Below are positions 15,721 to 24,807 of a stretch of 27,324 nucleotides of DNA, in pieces. The notes under the pieces are model-generated. The model searched no databases, was not told the DNA's origin, and saw only the letters and a program-made list of their open reading frames with translations. Location: contig CAYGMA010000002.1 in assembly GCA_964351045.1 (NCBI GenBank), positions 1 to 27,324 of the forward strand. The letters are read 5' to 3'. Numbering within the stretch: position 1 is the stretch's first letter; the number at the start of each line of letters is the position of its first letter. The stretch is from an uncultured Holosporaceae bacterium (GTDB lineage Bacteria > Pseudomonadota > Alphaproteobacteria > UBA7879). The translations under genes and the position numbers were made by a program.

Positions 15721-16363
15721 AACGCTTTGCACTCCTAAGACGTTTATCTTTGATTGGGAGGGAACACTTGCAAGTTCGCAGGCGTTTCTTGTGGCGTGTT
15801 ACGAAAAAACCTTTTCTGCTTTTGGTAAGCCGCTTCCTCCTGTGGAGGTGTTGTTGTCTTATGCGTCTCTTGATGTTTTTCGTGAGCATTTAAGAGAAGA
15901 TGTGGGAAAGGCTCAGCATCTTTTTCAGGATTTTTTAAAAACAGAAGATTGTACGACTTTATCTGTTTATGACGGTGTTTCTGAGCTTTTGTCTTTTTTA
16001 AATGAGCAGGGATATCCATTGTTTATTATTAGCAATGGGAATGGCCGGAATTTAAATAAATTAGCGCATGACCTTGGGTGGAGCTCTTTTTTTAAGAAAA
16101 TTGTGGGGGCGAACGATTTCTTGGTGCGTAAGCCTGATCCTGAAATTGTTTTTCAAACATTGGCATTTGAGGGCATTTGTCCAGACCAAACAACTTGGTT
16201 TGTGGGAGATTCAGCGATTGATCTTGCGTGTGCACGCGGCGCTGGCTGTACGGCTGTAAATGTGTTAAATTATAAAAAATCGTGTGAACAGGACGTCCAA
16301 AGCTATGATTTGGTTCTCCAGAAAACACCAGACTTGAAAAAAATATTAACTGAATTACAATAA
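15686..16363 (+). CDS. HAD-family hydrolase (phosphoglycolate phosphatase-like)
   Basis: IFDWEGTL (motif I variant), IISNG (motif II), RKPDP (III), FVGDSAIDLACARGAG (IV). GTG 15686 follows GAGGTG at 15676-15681 and overlaps the dat end by 35 nt; the start is uncertain. Confidence 0.8.
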   Translation: MKQFPSIRWRAETLCTPKTFIFDWEGTLASSQAFLVACYEKTFSAFGKPLPPVEVLLSYASLDVFREHLREDVGKAQHLFQDFLKTEDCTTLSVYDGVSELLSFLNEQGYPLFIISNGNGRNLNKLAHDLGWSSFFKKIVGANDFLVRKPDPEIVFQTLAFEGICPDQTTWFVGDSAIDLACARGAGCTAVNVLNYKKSCEQDVQSYDLVLQKTPDLKKILTELQ

Positions 16364-16392
16364 TTTAGAAACGGGAAAGAAAAGAGCACAGT

Positions 16393-16647
16393 ATGTCACA
16401 AGAAAAAAAACAAAATATCCAAGACCTTTTTTTAAACACGCTTCGCAAAAATAAAACGCCTCTAACCATGTTCCTTGTGAATGGCATTAAACTTCAAGGC
16501 GTTGTGGTTTCTTTTGATAATTTTTGTGTGATGGTGAGGCGCGATTCTCACATGCAATTAGTTTATAAGCATGCAATTTCAACAGTCATGCCTAATGGAC
16601 CGATTTCTCTTTACGACGGGGAATCTGAAGAAAAAGCTGCAGAATAA
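16393..16647 (+). CDS. hfq: RNA chaperone Hfq
   Basis: [61 protein letters not shown]. Confidence 0.97.
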   Translation: MSQEKKQNIQDLFLNTLRKNKTPLTMFLVNGIKLQGVVVSFDNFCVMVRRDSHMQLVYKHAISTVMPNGPISLYDGESEEKAAE

Positions 16648-16668
16648 TCTTTTAACGTTGATTCTTTA

Positions 16669-17934
16669 ATGCAGCAATCTGCGATTGTTTTGTTTCCAAA
16701 TACCCGGCGGTTGTCCCAGCAGGAGTGTGTTTATCGTTTAGAGGAAGCGGTTAACTTAACGCAGTCGCTTGGCCTTGAGGTGCAGCATTCAGAGTTTTTT
16801 CCTGTGAATCAACCCAAATCTGGAACGCTTTTTGGGCTTGGTAAGGTTGATGAGATTTCAGAGAAAATCCTTGAGCTTGAGAGTGAGCTGGTTGTTGTTG
16901 ATGCGCAATTGACACCTATCCAGCAGCGAAATTTAGAAAAACTGCTGAATGCTAAAGTTTTGGATCGAACAGGGTTGATTCTAGAGATTTTTGGCGCGCG
17001 AGCACGCACGAAAGAAGGATCTCTGCAAGTTGAGCTGGCTGCGTTGACGTATCAAAAAAGTCGGCTGGTGCGTTCTTGGACACACTTGGAGCGTCAGCGC
17101 GGCGGACTGGGTTTTATTGGTGGACCGGGTGAATCCCAGATCGAACTTGATAAGCGGATGATTAATACCCGCATTAGAGCGTTAAAAAAAGAGCTTGAAA
17201 AGGTTAAGAAAACACGCGGGCTTCACCGCAAAAAAAGAGATAGCATTCCTTATGATGTGGTGGCGTTGGTGGGGTATACAAACGCGGGAAAATCGACTCT
17301 CTTTAATGCACTAACAGGAGCGGCCGTTTTAGAGAAGGATTTGCTGTTTGCAACATTGGATCCAACCTTGCGGGCACTGACGTTGCCAAACGGAAAGAAA
17401 ATTATTCTCTCAGATACGGTGGGGTTTGTTTCTGATTTGCCTCATGAGTTGGTGTCGGCCTTTCATGCAACTTTGGAAGAAGTTCAGGCAGCCCAGGTGA
17501 TTCTGCATGTTCATGAGATCTCAAATCCAGAATGGCAAAGACATGCTGAGGAAGTTAATAAAGTTTTAGCAGTGCTTGGGATTTCAGATCAAGATCCTCG
17601 GATTTTGCATGTTTATAATAAGATGGACTTATTGCCAGAGGATGAGCGTTTGTCTTTTCAAAAGGGGCTTCCTGACAATGCGGTGATGACATCAGCGTTG
17701 AATGAAGGGTCTTTAGCTCCGTTGAAAGACTTAATAGAACAGATGCTTGCTGAAAAACATATTTCAGTTCATCTTCTTGTTCCTTTTGAGGAGACGGCTT
17801 TTTTAGCTTGGTTGCACCGCAAAGGTCAGGTGGTTTCTCAGAAAGAAAAAGAAGATGCGTTTGAGCTTGAGGTTGAGTTGGCTCCTCGTGACTTTTCTTA
17901 TGCAAGGAAGACCTTTTTTTCTTATTTCGTTTGA
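16669..17934 (+). CDS. hflX: Ribosome rescue GTPase HflX
   Basis: DRTGLILEIFGARA, HLERQRGG, GPGESQIELDKR, GYTNAGKSTLFN, LFATLDPT, SDTVGF, NKMD; follows hfq. Confidence 0.97.
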   Translation: MQQSAIVLFPNTRRLSQQECVYRLEEAVNLTQSLGLEVQHSEFFPVNQPKSGTLFGLGKVDEISEKILELESELVVVDAQLTPIQQRNLEKLLNAKVLDRTGLILEIFGARARTKEGSLQVELAALTYQKSRLVRSWTHLERQRGGLGFIGGPGESQIELDKRMINTRIRALKKELEKVKKTRGLHRKKRDSIPYDVVALVGYTNAGKSTLFNALTGAAVLEKDLLFATLDPTLRALTLPNGKKIILSDTVGFVSDLPHELVSAFHATLEEVQAAQVILHVHEISNPEWQRHAEEVNKVLAVLGISDQDPRILHVYNKMDLLPEDERLSFQKGLPDNAVMTSALNEGSLAPLKDLIEQMLAEKHISVHLLVPFEETAFLAWLHRKGQVVSQKEKEDAFELEVELAPRDFSYARKTFFSYFV

Positions 17935-18102
17935 GTTGTTTTTCAAGAAAGTGGTTCCTTGCTATCAAAGTTACAGGTAACCCTCTTTCTAAAAGAAAGG
18001 AAAAGCCTAGTATTTTCCAGTTTTTTTCAAGAATCGCTTGAAAAGTATTGACTGTTTATTTTTTTTAGATATTTTCCAGATTACTTATTATGGATTTTTA
18101 TT

Positions 18103-18933
18103 ATGATTAGAAATATTTTTTTATGTTTGATTTTTTCTTGTTCATCGGTTTTTTGTGTGCCCCCTGCGGTGCCAGAAGAGGCTCAAGAGGCAGAGGAACT
18201 TTCTTTTGTCTATTTGTCTCCAGATGTGCTGGCTGAAAAAAGCAAAAGCATTACTACGTTTTTTTCCTCATATGCTCCTGATGAAGCAAGTAAAAAATAC
18301 AATAACTTCACTGAAATGAATTTTCGGATTTTTGCGGCTCAAAATAGTGATGAAAAGCAGGTATTAGGTGTTTTTGGGGCTTTTGTTAATGATGAGATGA
18401 TTGGGCTTGTGCGTACATTTTCATGGGTTAATGGTCAACTTATGAAACTAAAAGGCGGCTATGAAATGAATATTGGAATCCATCCGGATAAGCGCGGGCA
18501 GGGGTATGCTACGCTGCTTCTTGAAAAAGCATTTTCCCATTTTGAAACACAAGGATTGGATAAAAAACTTTGGATGACTGTTAATGTCGAAAACCTAGCA
18601 TGTTTATCTCTTATGAGTAAGTTCATTGCTAGCCAGCATGTCAATCTCTACGACTTGCGTGTTTATGGAGAAGATACTTTTATTACTTTTGTGCGTAAAA
18701 GAGAAGATAGCTCTCTAGAATTTCCTTTAACCGAAGAACAAAAAGGGCATGTTTTTTCTTATATTAATGAAAAAAAAGAGGGTGCAAAAGAAGACGTTGA
18801 GATTTTGGCTGCAGAAAGGACAACAGCAACCAATGAGGAAAATATGTCTTTATTGAAAGCCTACAGAAAGGAAATGGAAGAACTTAATAAAAGGCGCAGT
18901 AAAGCACTTGGTGAGCTTGGGTGTGGATGGTAG
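18103..18933 (+). CDS. GNAT-family acetyltransferase with N-terminal signal-peptide-like segment
   Basis: IGIHPDKRGQGYATLLLEKAF (acetyl-CoA motif A), TVNVENLA (motif B), N-terminus MIRNIFLCLIFSCSSVFC, charged helical C-terminal tail. Confidence 0.72.
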   Translation: MIRNIFLCLIFSCSSVFCVPPAVPEEAQEAEELSFVYLSPDVLAEKSKSITTFFSSYAPDEASKKYNNFTEMNFRIFAAQNSDEKQVLGVFGAFVNDEMIGLVRTFSWVNGQLMKLKGGYEMNIGIHPDKRGQGYATLLLEKAFSHFETQGLDKKLWMTVNVENLACLSLMSKFIASQHVNLYDLRVYGEDTFITFVRKREDSSLEFPLTEEQKGHVFSYINEKKEGAKEDVEILAAERTTATNEENMSLLKAYRKEMEELNKRRSKALGELGCGW

Positions 18934-18967
18934 TTTTTCTGAACTTATTCAAAGAAATTATAGGATC

Positions 18968-18996
18968 TTGCCATTTGAAGAAACCCCTGATACTAT
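18968..18996 (+). promoter_or_regulatory. sigma70 promoter of rpsA
   Basis: TTGCCA (18968-18973), 17 nt, TACTAT (18991-18996), ending 64 nt before the rpsA ATG. Confidence 0.65.
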
Positions 18997-19060
18997 TCGA
19001 GCCATTAGCGCTTGATTTCAAGGGCTAAAATAAATCTTGAAAGGAATTTAATTAATTAAC

Positions 19061-20779
19061 ATGACAACCAAAGAAACTACAGCGTTTGAAGAGAATTTTG
19101 AAGCCCTCTTGGAGGAGTCTTTTAAAGGGCAGGATACTTTGGAAGGCAAAGTTGTTGAAGGCCATATTGTGGCTGAAGATAATGATGCATTTACCATTGA
19201 TGTCGGCTTGAAATCTGAGGGACGCGTTGAAAAGAAAGAACTTGGCGGAAAAGCAAAGGACTATAAAGTTGGCGATTCTATTAATATTTATGTGGATCGT
19301 TTAGAGGACCGCCGGGGTGAAATTGTTTTAAGTTTTGAAAAAGCACGCCGTGAAGAGGTGTGGGCAGAGCTTGAAGTCGCTTATGAAAAAGGCGAAAAAG
19401 TATTAGGTGTGATGACTAACCGTGTGAAAGGGGGATTCACCGTTGACCTTTCTGGTGCTGTTGCATTTTTGCCAGGCAGCCAGGTTGATATTCGCCCGAT
19501 TAAAGATATGTCTGCTTTGATGAACATCGAGCAGCCTTTTGTGATCTTAAAAATGGATCGTTTGAGAGGCAATATCGTTGTATCTCGTCGTGCTATTCTG
19601 GAAGAAAGCCGTGCAGAAGCGCGTTCTGAAATTCTGGAAAAAATGCATGAAGGTCTTGAACTCGACGGTGTTGTTAAAAACGTAACAGACTACGGTGCCT
19701 TTGTTGACTTAGGCGGCGTTGATGGCTTGTTGCACTTAACAGACATTTCTTGGCAGCGCATTAATCACCCATCTGACAAGCTCAGCGTTGGGGATACGAT
19801 CCGTGTGAAAATCATCAAATTCAACGAAGAAAACAAACGTATTTCTTTGGGGATGAAACAACTTCAACCAGATCCTTGGATTGGCATTGAAGACAAATAT
19901 CATATGGATGATGTGGTTAAGGGGCGTGTGACAAACGTAACAGACTACCGGGTTTTTGTTGAACTTGAGCCAGGTATTGAAGGACTTGTTCATGCGTCTG
20001 AGTTGTCTTGGAGCAAAAAATCAAGCAACCCACAACAAATGATTGCTCAAGACCAAGAAGTTGAAGTTAAGATCATTGAAATGAACTTAGAAAAACGCCG
20101 GATTGGTTTGAGCTTGCGTCAGTGCCTTGAGAACCCATGGCAGAAATTTGCTGCAGAGCATTCAGCTGGAGATGTGATTACTGGAGCGATCCAGAACATT
20201 ACAGACTTTGGATTGTTTGTTCAGGTCGCTGAAGACATTGATGGCCTCGTGCACATGAATGACTTGAGCTGGGAAGAATCTGCTGAGAAATGCTTGAAAT
20301 CTTATGAAAAAGGTCAAGTGGTTCAAGCAAAAATTCTTGAGATCAACACCGACGATGAAAAAGTTGTTTTAGGAATTAAGCAGCTTTCTGAAGATCCATT
20401 TGCTGCTCAAATGGGTGACATCAAAACAGGTGACATTGTGACCTGTACGGTGAAAGGTGTTCAGGCAGCGGGTCTTGACGTTGTGATCGGGGATAAAGAA
20501 GTGCCTGGGTTTATTAGAAAAGCTGAATTGGCACGGGATCGCTCTGAGCAACGGACAGATCGTTTTGCGATTGATGAGCGCGTGGATGCGTTGGTGACAA
20601 ACATTGACCATAAAACACGTCGCTTTACACTTTCCATTAAAGCACGCGAAGTGAAGGAAGAAAAAGAAGCAATGGCTGAATTTGGATCTTCTGATAGCGG
20701 CGCAAGCTTAGGTGATATTTTAGGATCTTCTTTGGATCTTGAAAAAATGAAAGAAAGTGGAAAGAAAAAAGAGAAGTAG
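19061..20779 (+). CDS. rpsA: 30S ribosomal protein S1 (six S1 domains)
   Basis: IDVGLKSEGRV, RVKGGFTVDL, AFLPGSQVDIRP, TDYGAFVDLGGVDGLLHLTDISW, ITDFGLFV, GSSDSGASLGDILG. Confidence 0.97.
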   Translation: MTTKETTAFEENFEALLEESFKGQDTLEGKVVEGHIVAEDNDAFTIDVGLKSEGRVEKKELGGKAKDYKVGDSINIYVDRLEDRRGEIVLSFEKARREEVWAELEVAYEKGEKVLGVMTNRVKGGFTVDLSGAVAFLPGSQVDIRPIKDMSALMNIEQPFVILKMDRLRGNIVVSRRAILEESRAEARSEILEKMHEGLELDGVVKNVTDYGAFVDLGGVDGLLHLTDISWQRINHPSDKLSVGDTIRVKIIKFNEENKRISLGMKQLQPDPWIGIEDKYHMDDVVKGRVTNVTDYRVFVELEPGIEGLVHASELSWSKKSSNPQQMIAQDQEVEVKIIEMNLEKRRIGLSLRQCLENPWQKFAAEHSAGDVITGAIQNITDFGLFVQVAEDIDGLVHMNDLSWEESAEKCLKSYEKGQVVQAKILEINTDDEKVVLGIKQLSEDPFAAQMGDIKTGDIVTCTVKGVQAAGLDVVIGDKEVPGFIRKAELARDRSEQRTDRFAIDERVDALVTNIDHKTRRFTLSIKAREVKEEKEAMAEFGSSDSGASLGDILGSSLDLEKMKESGKKKEK

Positions 20780-20807
20780 TTTTTTCTCTGTTTCTGAAAT
20801 TTGACGG

Positions 20808-20837
20808 AAAAGCCCAGTTTTTTAACTGGGTTTTTTT
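20808..20837 (+). terminator. Rho-independent terminator after rpsA
   Basis: AAAAG, CCCAGTT (20813-20819), TTTT loop, AACTGGG (20824-20830), then a run of 7 T. Confidence 0.8.
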
Positions 20838-20918
20838 GTGGGGGCAATTGACTTAAATTATCAGGTGCAAAAAATGTGTAACCTTGTATAATCTGACCAA
20901 CTTTGAAGGATTAATAAG

Positions 20919-21473
20919 ATGCAAGATAAAAATCCAAATCTGATGTATGGAACAACGATTTTATCTGTGCGTAAAGGCAACGAAGTCGTTTTAGCTGGAG
21001 ATGGTCAGGTTACATTGGGGCATGTGCAAATGAAAAGCAATGCGAAGAAAGTACGCACCATGGCCAACGGATCTGTGGTTGTTGGGTTTGCTGGGGCAAC
21101 AGCAGATGCATTGACTTTGTTTGAACGTTTAGAAGCGAAGCTTGAACAACACCCTAAGCAGTTAACGCGAGCCTGTGTGGAGTTGGCTAAAGATTGGCGA
21201 ACAGATCGGTATTTGCGGCGCTTAGAGGCAATGATGGCTGTGATTGATAAGAATGTCTCTTTGATTTTAACTGGAACAGGAGATGTGTTGGAGCCAGAAG
21301 ATGGGCTCATTGGTATTGGATCGGGTGGCTCTTATGCGTTGGCTGCGGCGCGGGCCTTGATTGATCGAGATGATTTAGATGCTGAAGCTATTGCACGTAA
21401 GGCCATGAGTATTACGGCTGACTTGTGTATTTATTCTAACCACACCTTAACCTTAGAGAAGTTATCCCTATGA
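20919..21473 (+). CDS. hslV: ATP-dependent protease subunit HslV
   Basis: Short propeptide then catalytic Thr [46 protein letters not shown]. Confidence 0.97.
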   Translation: MQDKNPNLMYGTTILSVRKGNEVVLAGDGQVTLGHVQMKSNAKKVRTMANGSVVVGFAGATADALTLFERLEAKLEQHPKQLTRACVELAKDWRTDRYLRRLEAMMAVIDKNVSLILTGTGDVLEPEDGLIGIGSGGSYALAAARALIDRDDLDAEAIARKAMSITADLCIYSNHTLTLEKLSL

Positions 21474-22789
21474 CATCAAACTTAACACCTAGAGAAATCG
21501 TTTCAGAACTGGATCGCTATATTATTGGGCAAGGGAATGCTAAACGCGCGGTTGCTATTGCCTTAAGAAATCGTTGGCGTCGGCAGCAGCTTGACGGGCA
21601 AATGCGCGAAGAAATCCTGCCTAAAAATATTTTAATGATTGGTCCCACAGGGGTTGGGAAAACCGAAATTGCCCGGCGTTTATCCCGTTTGGCCAATGCG
21701 CCTTTTACAAAAGTTGAAGCAACGAAATTCACAGAAGTTGGATACGTGGGCCGAGATGTTGAGCAAATCATTCGAGATTTGCTGGATACATCTTTGATTC
21801 AGACTCGGGAATTTCTTCGAACAGAAAAACGGGCTAAAGCGACTAAAAAAATGGAAGAACGTATTTTAGAAGCGTTTATTGGAAAGGAATCTCGGGATAC
21901 AACGCGTCAGTCTTTCTTAGAGCAGCTACGACGGGATGAGTTGGACGATAAAGAAATTGAGATTGAGGTTTCAGATGCGCCGTCTCAAAATATGCCAACG
22001 TTTGATATTCCGGGCATGCCTGGTGCTCAAATGGGCATGCTTAACCTTGGGGATATCTTTGGAAAAGCCATGGGCGGGCAAAAAACAAAGAAAAAAAAGC
22101 TGACCATTAAAGAGGCGCGAGACCTGGTTTTGCAGGAAGAAAGTGATAAGCTTTTGGATCAAGATGAAGTTGTGCGCCAAGCCATTAAGTCTGTCGAGCA
22201 AAATGGTATTGTGTTTATCGATGAGATTGACAAAATTTGTGCCCGGACAGAACGCGGAGATGGCGCAGGTGTGAGCCGAGAAGGAGTGCAGAGAGATTTG
22301 CTTCCTTTGCTTGAAGGAACAACGGTTAGCACAAAATACGGGCCTGTTAAAACGGATCATATTTTATTTATTTCATCCGGGGCATTTCATTTAGCGAAGC
22401 CGTCTGACTTGTTGCCAGAGCTTCAAGGGCGATTGCCCATTCGAGTGGAGTTGGACTCACTCACGCAAGATGATTTTGTGAAAATTTTAACAGAGCCAGA
22501 ATGCAGCTTAATTAAGCAATATATGGCGTTGTTAAAAACAGAAGCCGTTCAGCTGGACTTTACACCAGAGGGGATTGCTGAAATAGCAGCCGTGGCGACT
22601 TCTTTGAATGAGACTGTCGAAAATATTGGTGCACGGCGGTTGCATACGGTTATGGAGAAGCTTTTGGAAGACATTAGCTTTTCAGCCAGTGACCATGCGA
22701 ATAAGGCGATTTCTATTACGCCTGAGTATGTTCAGAAACATGTTGGAGATCTTTCTCAAAACATGGATCTGTCGAAATTTATTCTTTAA
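21470..22789 (+). CDS. hslU: ATP-dependent protease ATPase subunit HslU
   Basis: [81 protein letters not shown] overlap with hslV. Confidence 0.97.
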   Translation: MTSNLTPREIVSELDRYIIGQGNAKRAVAIALRNRWRRQQLDGQMREEILPKNILMIGPTGVGKTEIARRLSRLANAPFTKVEATKFTEVGYVGRDVEQIIRDLLDTSLIQTREFLRTEKRAKATKKMEERILEAFIGKESRDTTRQSFLEQLRRDELDDKEIEIEVSDAPSQNMPTFDIPGMPGAQMGMLNLGDIFGKAMGGQKTKKKKLTIKEARDLVLQEESDKLLDQDEVVRQAIKSVEQNGIVFIDEIDKICARTERGDGAGVSREGVQRDLLPLLEGTTVSTKYGPVKTDHILFISSGAFHLAKPSDLLPELQGRLPIRVELDSLTQDDFVKILTEPECSLIKQYMALLKTEAVQLDFTPEGIAEIAAVATSLNETVENIGARRLHTVMEKLLEDISFSASDHANKAISITPEYVQKHVGDLSQNMDLSKFIL

Positions 22790-22807
22790 CAACCTTGGAT
22801 TTTTACT

Positions 22808-24769
22808 ATGACATCAGCTTTGTGGGCTCCTTCTAAAGAGCAGATTAACGCAGCAAACTTGACGCGTTTTGGGCAGGTTTTATCAGATAAAATGGGGCGG
22901 TCGTTTGAGTCTTATGAAGAGTTACATGATTGGTCTGTGGCGCATAAGGAAGATTTCTGGGGAAGCCTTTGGGATTATTGTGATGTGATTGGCTCTAAAG
23001 GGCCCAAACCTTTTTTGGACAATGAAGAAGATTTTATTCAGTCTCGGTTTTTTCCAAACGGCACGTTAAACTATGCTGAGAATATGCTTAAGGGGCTGGA
23101 GGGGTATAAAGAGGAAGAAGAAATCATCGTTTTTTGGTCTGAAAAAGGCTTTAAAACACGCATTACAAAAGCGGATTTTTTAGCAGATGTGAAGAAATTT
23201 CGAGCTTGGTTTGAGAAAAAAGGCCTGCGCGCAGGAGACCGTGTGTGTGCGTTGCTTCCAAATACACCCAAAACTATAGCCGCTTTATTAGCAGCTTCTT
23301 CCATGGGGCTTGTTTGGGGATCCTGCTCTCCTGATTTTGGCGTGGATGGAATTTTAGATCGCTTCCAACAAATCCACCCAAAAGCGTTTCTTTCGTGTGA
23401 TGGGTATTACTACAAAGGGCGTTTTTTTGAGCTGGAAGAGAAAGTGACTGAGATTGCGGATGCTCTGGGCGTTCAAGATGCAACATTGATTTTTTCTTAT
23501 CCGGGTGGAGATTCTGTTAATCTTCAGAGTTCTTTTTTGGAAAAATTTGAGGATTTGGAAGCATCTGAGGCACCTTTAACGTTTGCTCCTTTGTCTTTTA
23601 ATCATCCGCTCTTTATTATGTTTTCATCCGGAACAACGGGGCGGCCAAAATGCATTATTCATGGAGCAGGTGGCACATTGCTTCAACATTTAAAAGAGCA
23701 TCAGCTGCACTGTGATATTAAGCCAAGGGATCGGGTTTTTTACTTTAGTACATGCAGTTGGATGATGTGGAACTGGCATGTTTCAGCCATGGCTTCTGGT
23801 GCTGTTTTGTTGCTTTTTGATGGGTTTCCTTTTTTACCGACGGCAACAGTGTTATTTGATTTTGCTGAAGAAGAAAAAATGACCCTTTTTGGAACGGCGT
23901 CTAAATACATAGATGCCTTGAGAAAGCGAGAGGTTAAGCTTAAAGACACGCATGATTTAACGCATTTACGGATGATTACTTCTACGGGCGGGCCGCTTGT
24001 TCATGAAAGTTTTGAGTATATTAACCAAGATATCAAACAGGATTTGTGTGTGGCTTCTATCTCTGGTGGGACAGACATTATTTCATGTTTTGTGTTAGGA
24101 TGTCCAATCTTGCCTGTGTATCCAGGGCAAATCCAATGTAAAGGATTGGGTATGGATGTTGATGTTTTTAATGCAGAGGGCAAGCCTGTGACGCAAGAAA
24201 AAGGAGAGTTGGTTTGTAAGACGCCTTTCCCATCAAAGCCCCTTGGTTTTATGAATGATCCTGAAGATGCCAAGTTTAAAGCGAGCTACTTTGAGGAGTT
24301 TGACAACATTTGGTGCCATGGAGATTATGCTGAAATTACCCCAGAAGGGGGCATCGTTATTTATGGACGGTCTGATACTGTTTTAAATCCAGGAGGCGTG
24401 CGTATTGGAACAGCAGAAATCTATCGCCAAGTGGAAAAAATTGAAGACGTGACAGAATCTTTGGCTGTTGGGCAAGAATGGGATGATGACATGCGGGTCA
24501 TTTTATTTGTGACACTCAAAGAGGGCGTTACGCTTGATGATTCTTTGAAAAAAGGAATTCGCACGATTATTAAAGAGAATGCTTCTCCACGGCATGTTCC
24601 AAGTAAAATTGTTCATGTGCCAGACCTACCAAAAACAAAAAACGGGAAGCTCATGGAAGGGGTTGTGCGCCATGTGATTCATGATCGGCCAGTTGTGAAT
24701 AAAAGCACTTTGGCGAATCCAGAGTGTTTAAAGTATTTTAAAGATGTTCCAGATCTAAAAATGGTTTAA
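22808..24769 (+). CDS. Acetoacetate--CoA ligase (acetoacetyl-CoA synthetase, ANL superfamily)
   Basis: LWAPSKE, FFPNGTLNYAEN, WGSCSPDFG, IMFSSGTTGRPKCIIHGAGG, WMMWNW, SISGGTDI, GRSDTVLNPGGVRIGTAEIY. Confidence 0.9.
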   Translation: MTSALWAPSKEQINAANLTRFGQVLSDKMGRSFESYEELHDWSVAHKEDFWGSLWDYCDVIGSKGPKPFLDNEEDFIQSRFFPNGTLNYAENMLKGLEGYKEEEEIIVFWSEKGFKTRITKADFLADVKKFRAWFEKKGLRAGDRVCALLPNTPKTIAALLAASSMGLVWGSCSPDFGVDGILDRFQQIHPKAFLSCDGYYYKGRFFELEEKVTEIADALGVQDATLIFSYPGGDSVNLQSSFLEKFEDLEASEAPLTFAPLSFNHPLFIMFSSGTTGRPKCIIHGAGGTLLQHLKEHQLHCDIKPRDRVFYFSTCSWMMWNWHVSAMASGAVLLLFDGFPFLPTATVLFDFAEEEKMTLFGTASKYIDALRKREVKLKDTHDLTHLRMITSTGGPLVHESFEYINQDIKQDLCVASISGGTDIISCFVLGCPILPVYPGQIQCKGLGMDVDVFNAEGKPVTQEKGELVCKTPFPSKPLGFMNDPEDAKFKASYFEEFDNIWCHGDYAEITPEGGIVIYGRSDTVLNPGGVRIGTAEIYRQVEKIEDVTESLAVGQEWDDDMRVILFVTLKEGVTLDDSLKKGIRTIIKENASPRHVPSKIVHVPDLPKTKNGKLMEGVVRHVIHDRPVVNKSTLANPECLKYFKDVPDLKMV

Positions 24770-24807
24770 AGTAGTCTTTACGGATAACTTAAAGGGCCCC
24801 AAATACA

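Noticed and set aside
17970-17999. Small palindromes GTTAC-AG-GTAAC and CTTTCT-AAA-AGAAAG after hflX
   Set aside because: Short, AT-rich, weak stems with no recognisable consensus or second copy.
19045-19060. TTAA repeats before rpsA as a CtrA site
   Set aside because: The spacing is TTAA-TTAA-TTAAC, not TTAA-N7-TTAAC.
20848-20892. Promoter or heat-shock element upstream of hslV (TTGACT at 20848, TATAAT at 20887, GGTGCA half NtrC site at 20864)
   Set aside because: The -35 and -10 hexamers are 33 nt apart, the NtrC-like site has no left half, and I see no convincing CIRCE or RpoH consensus.
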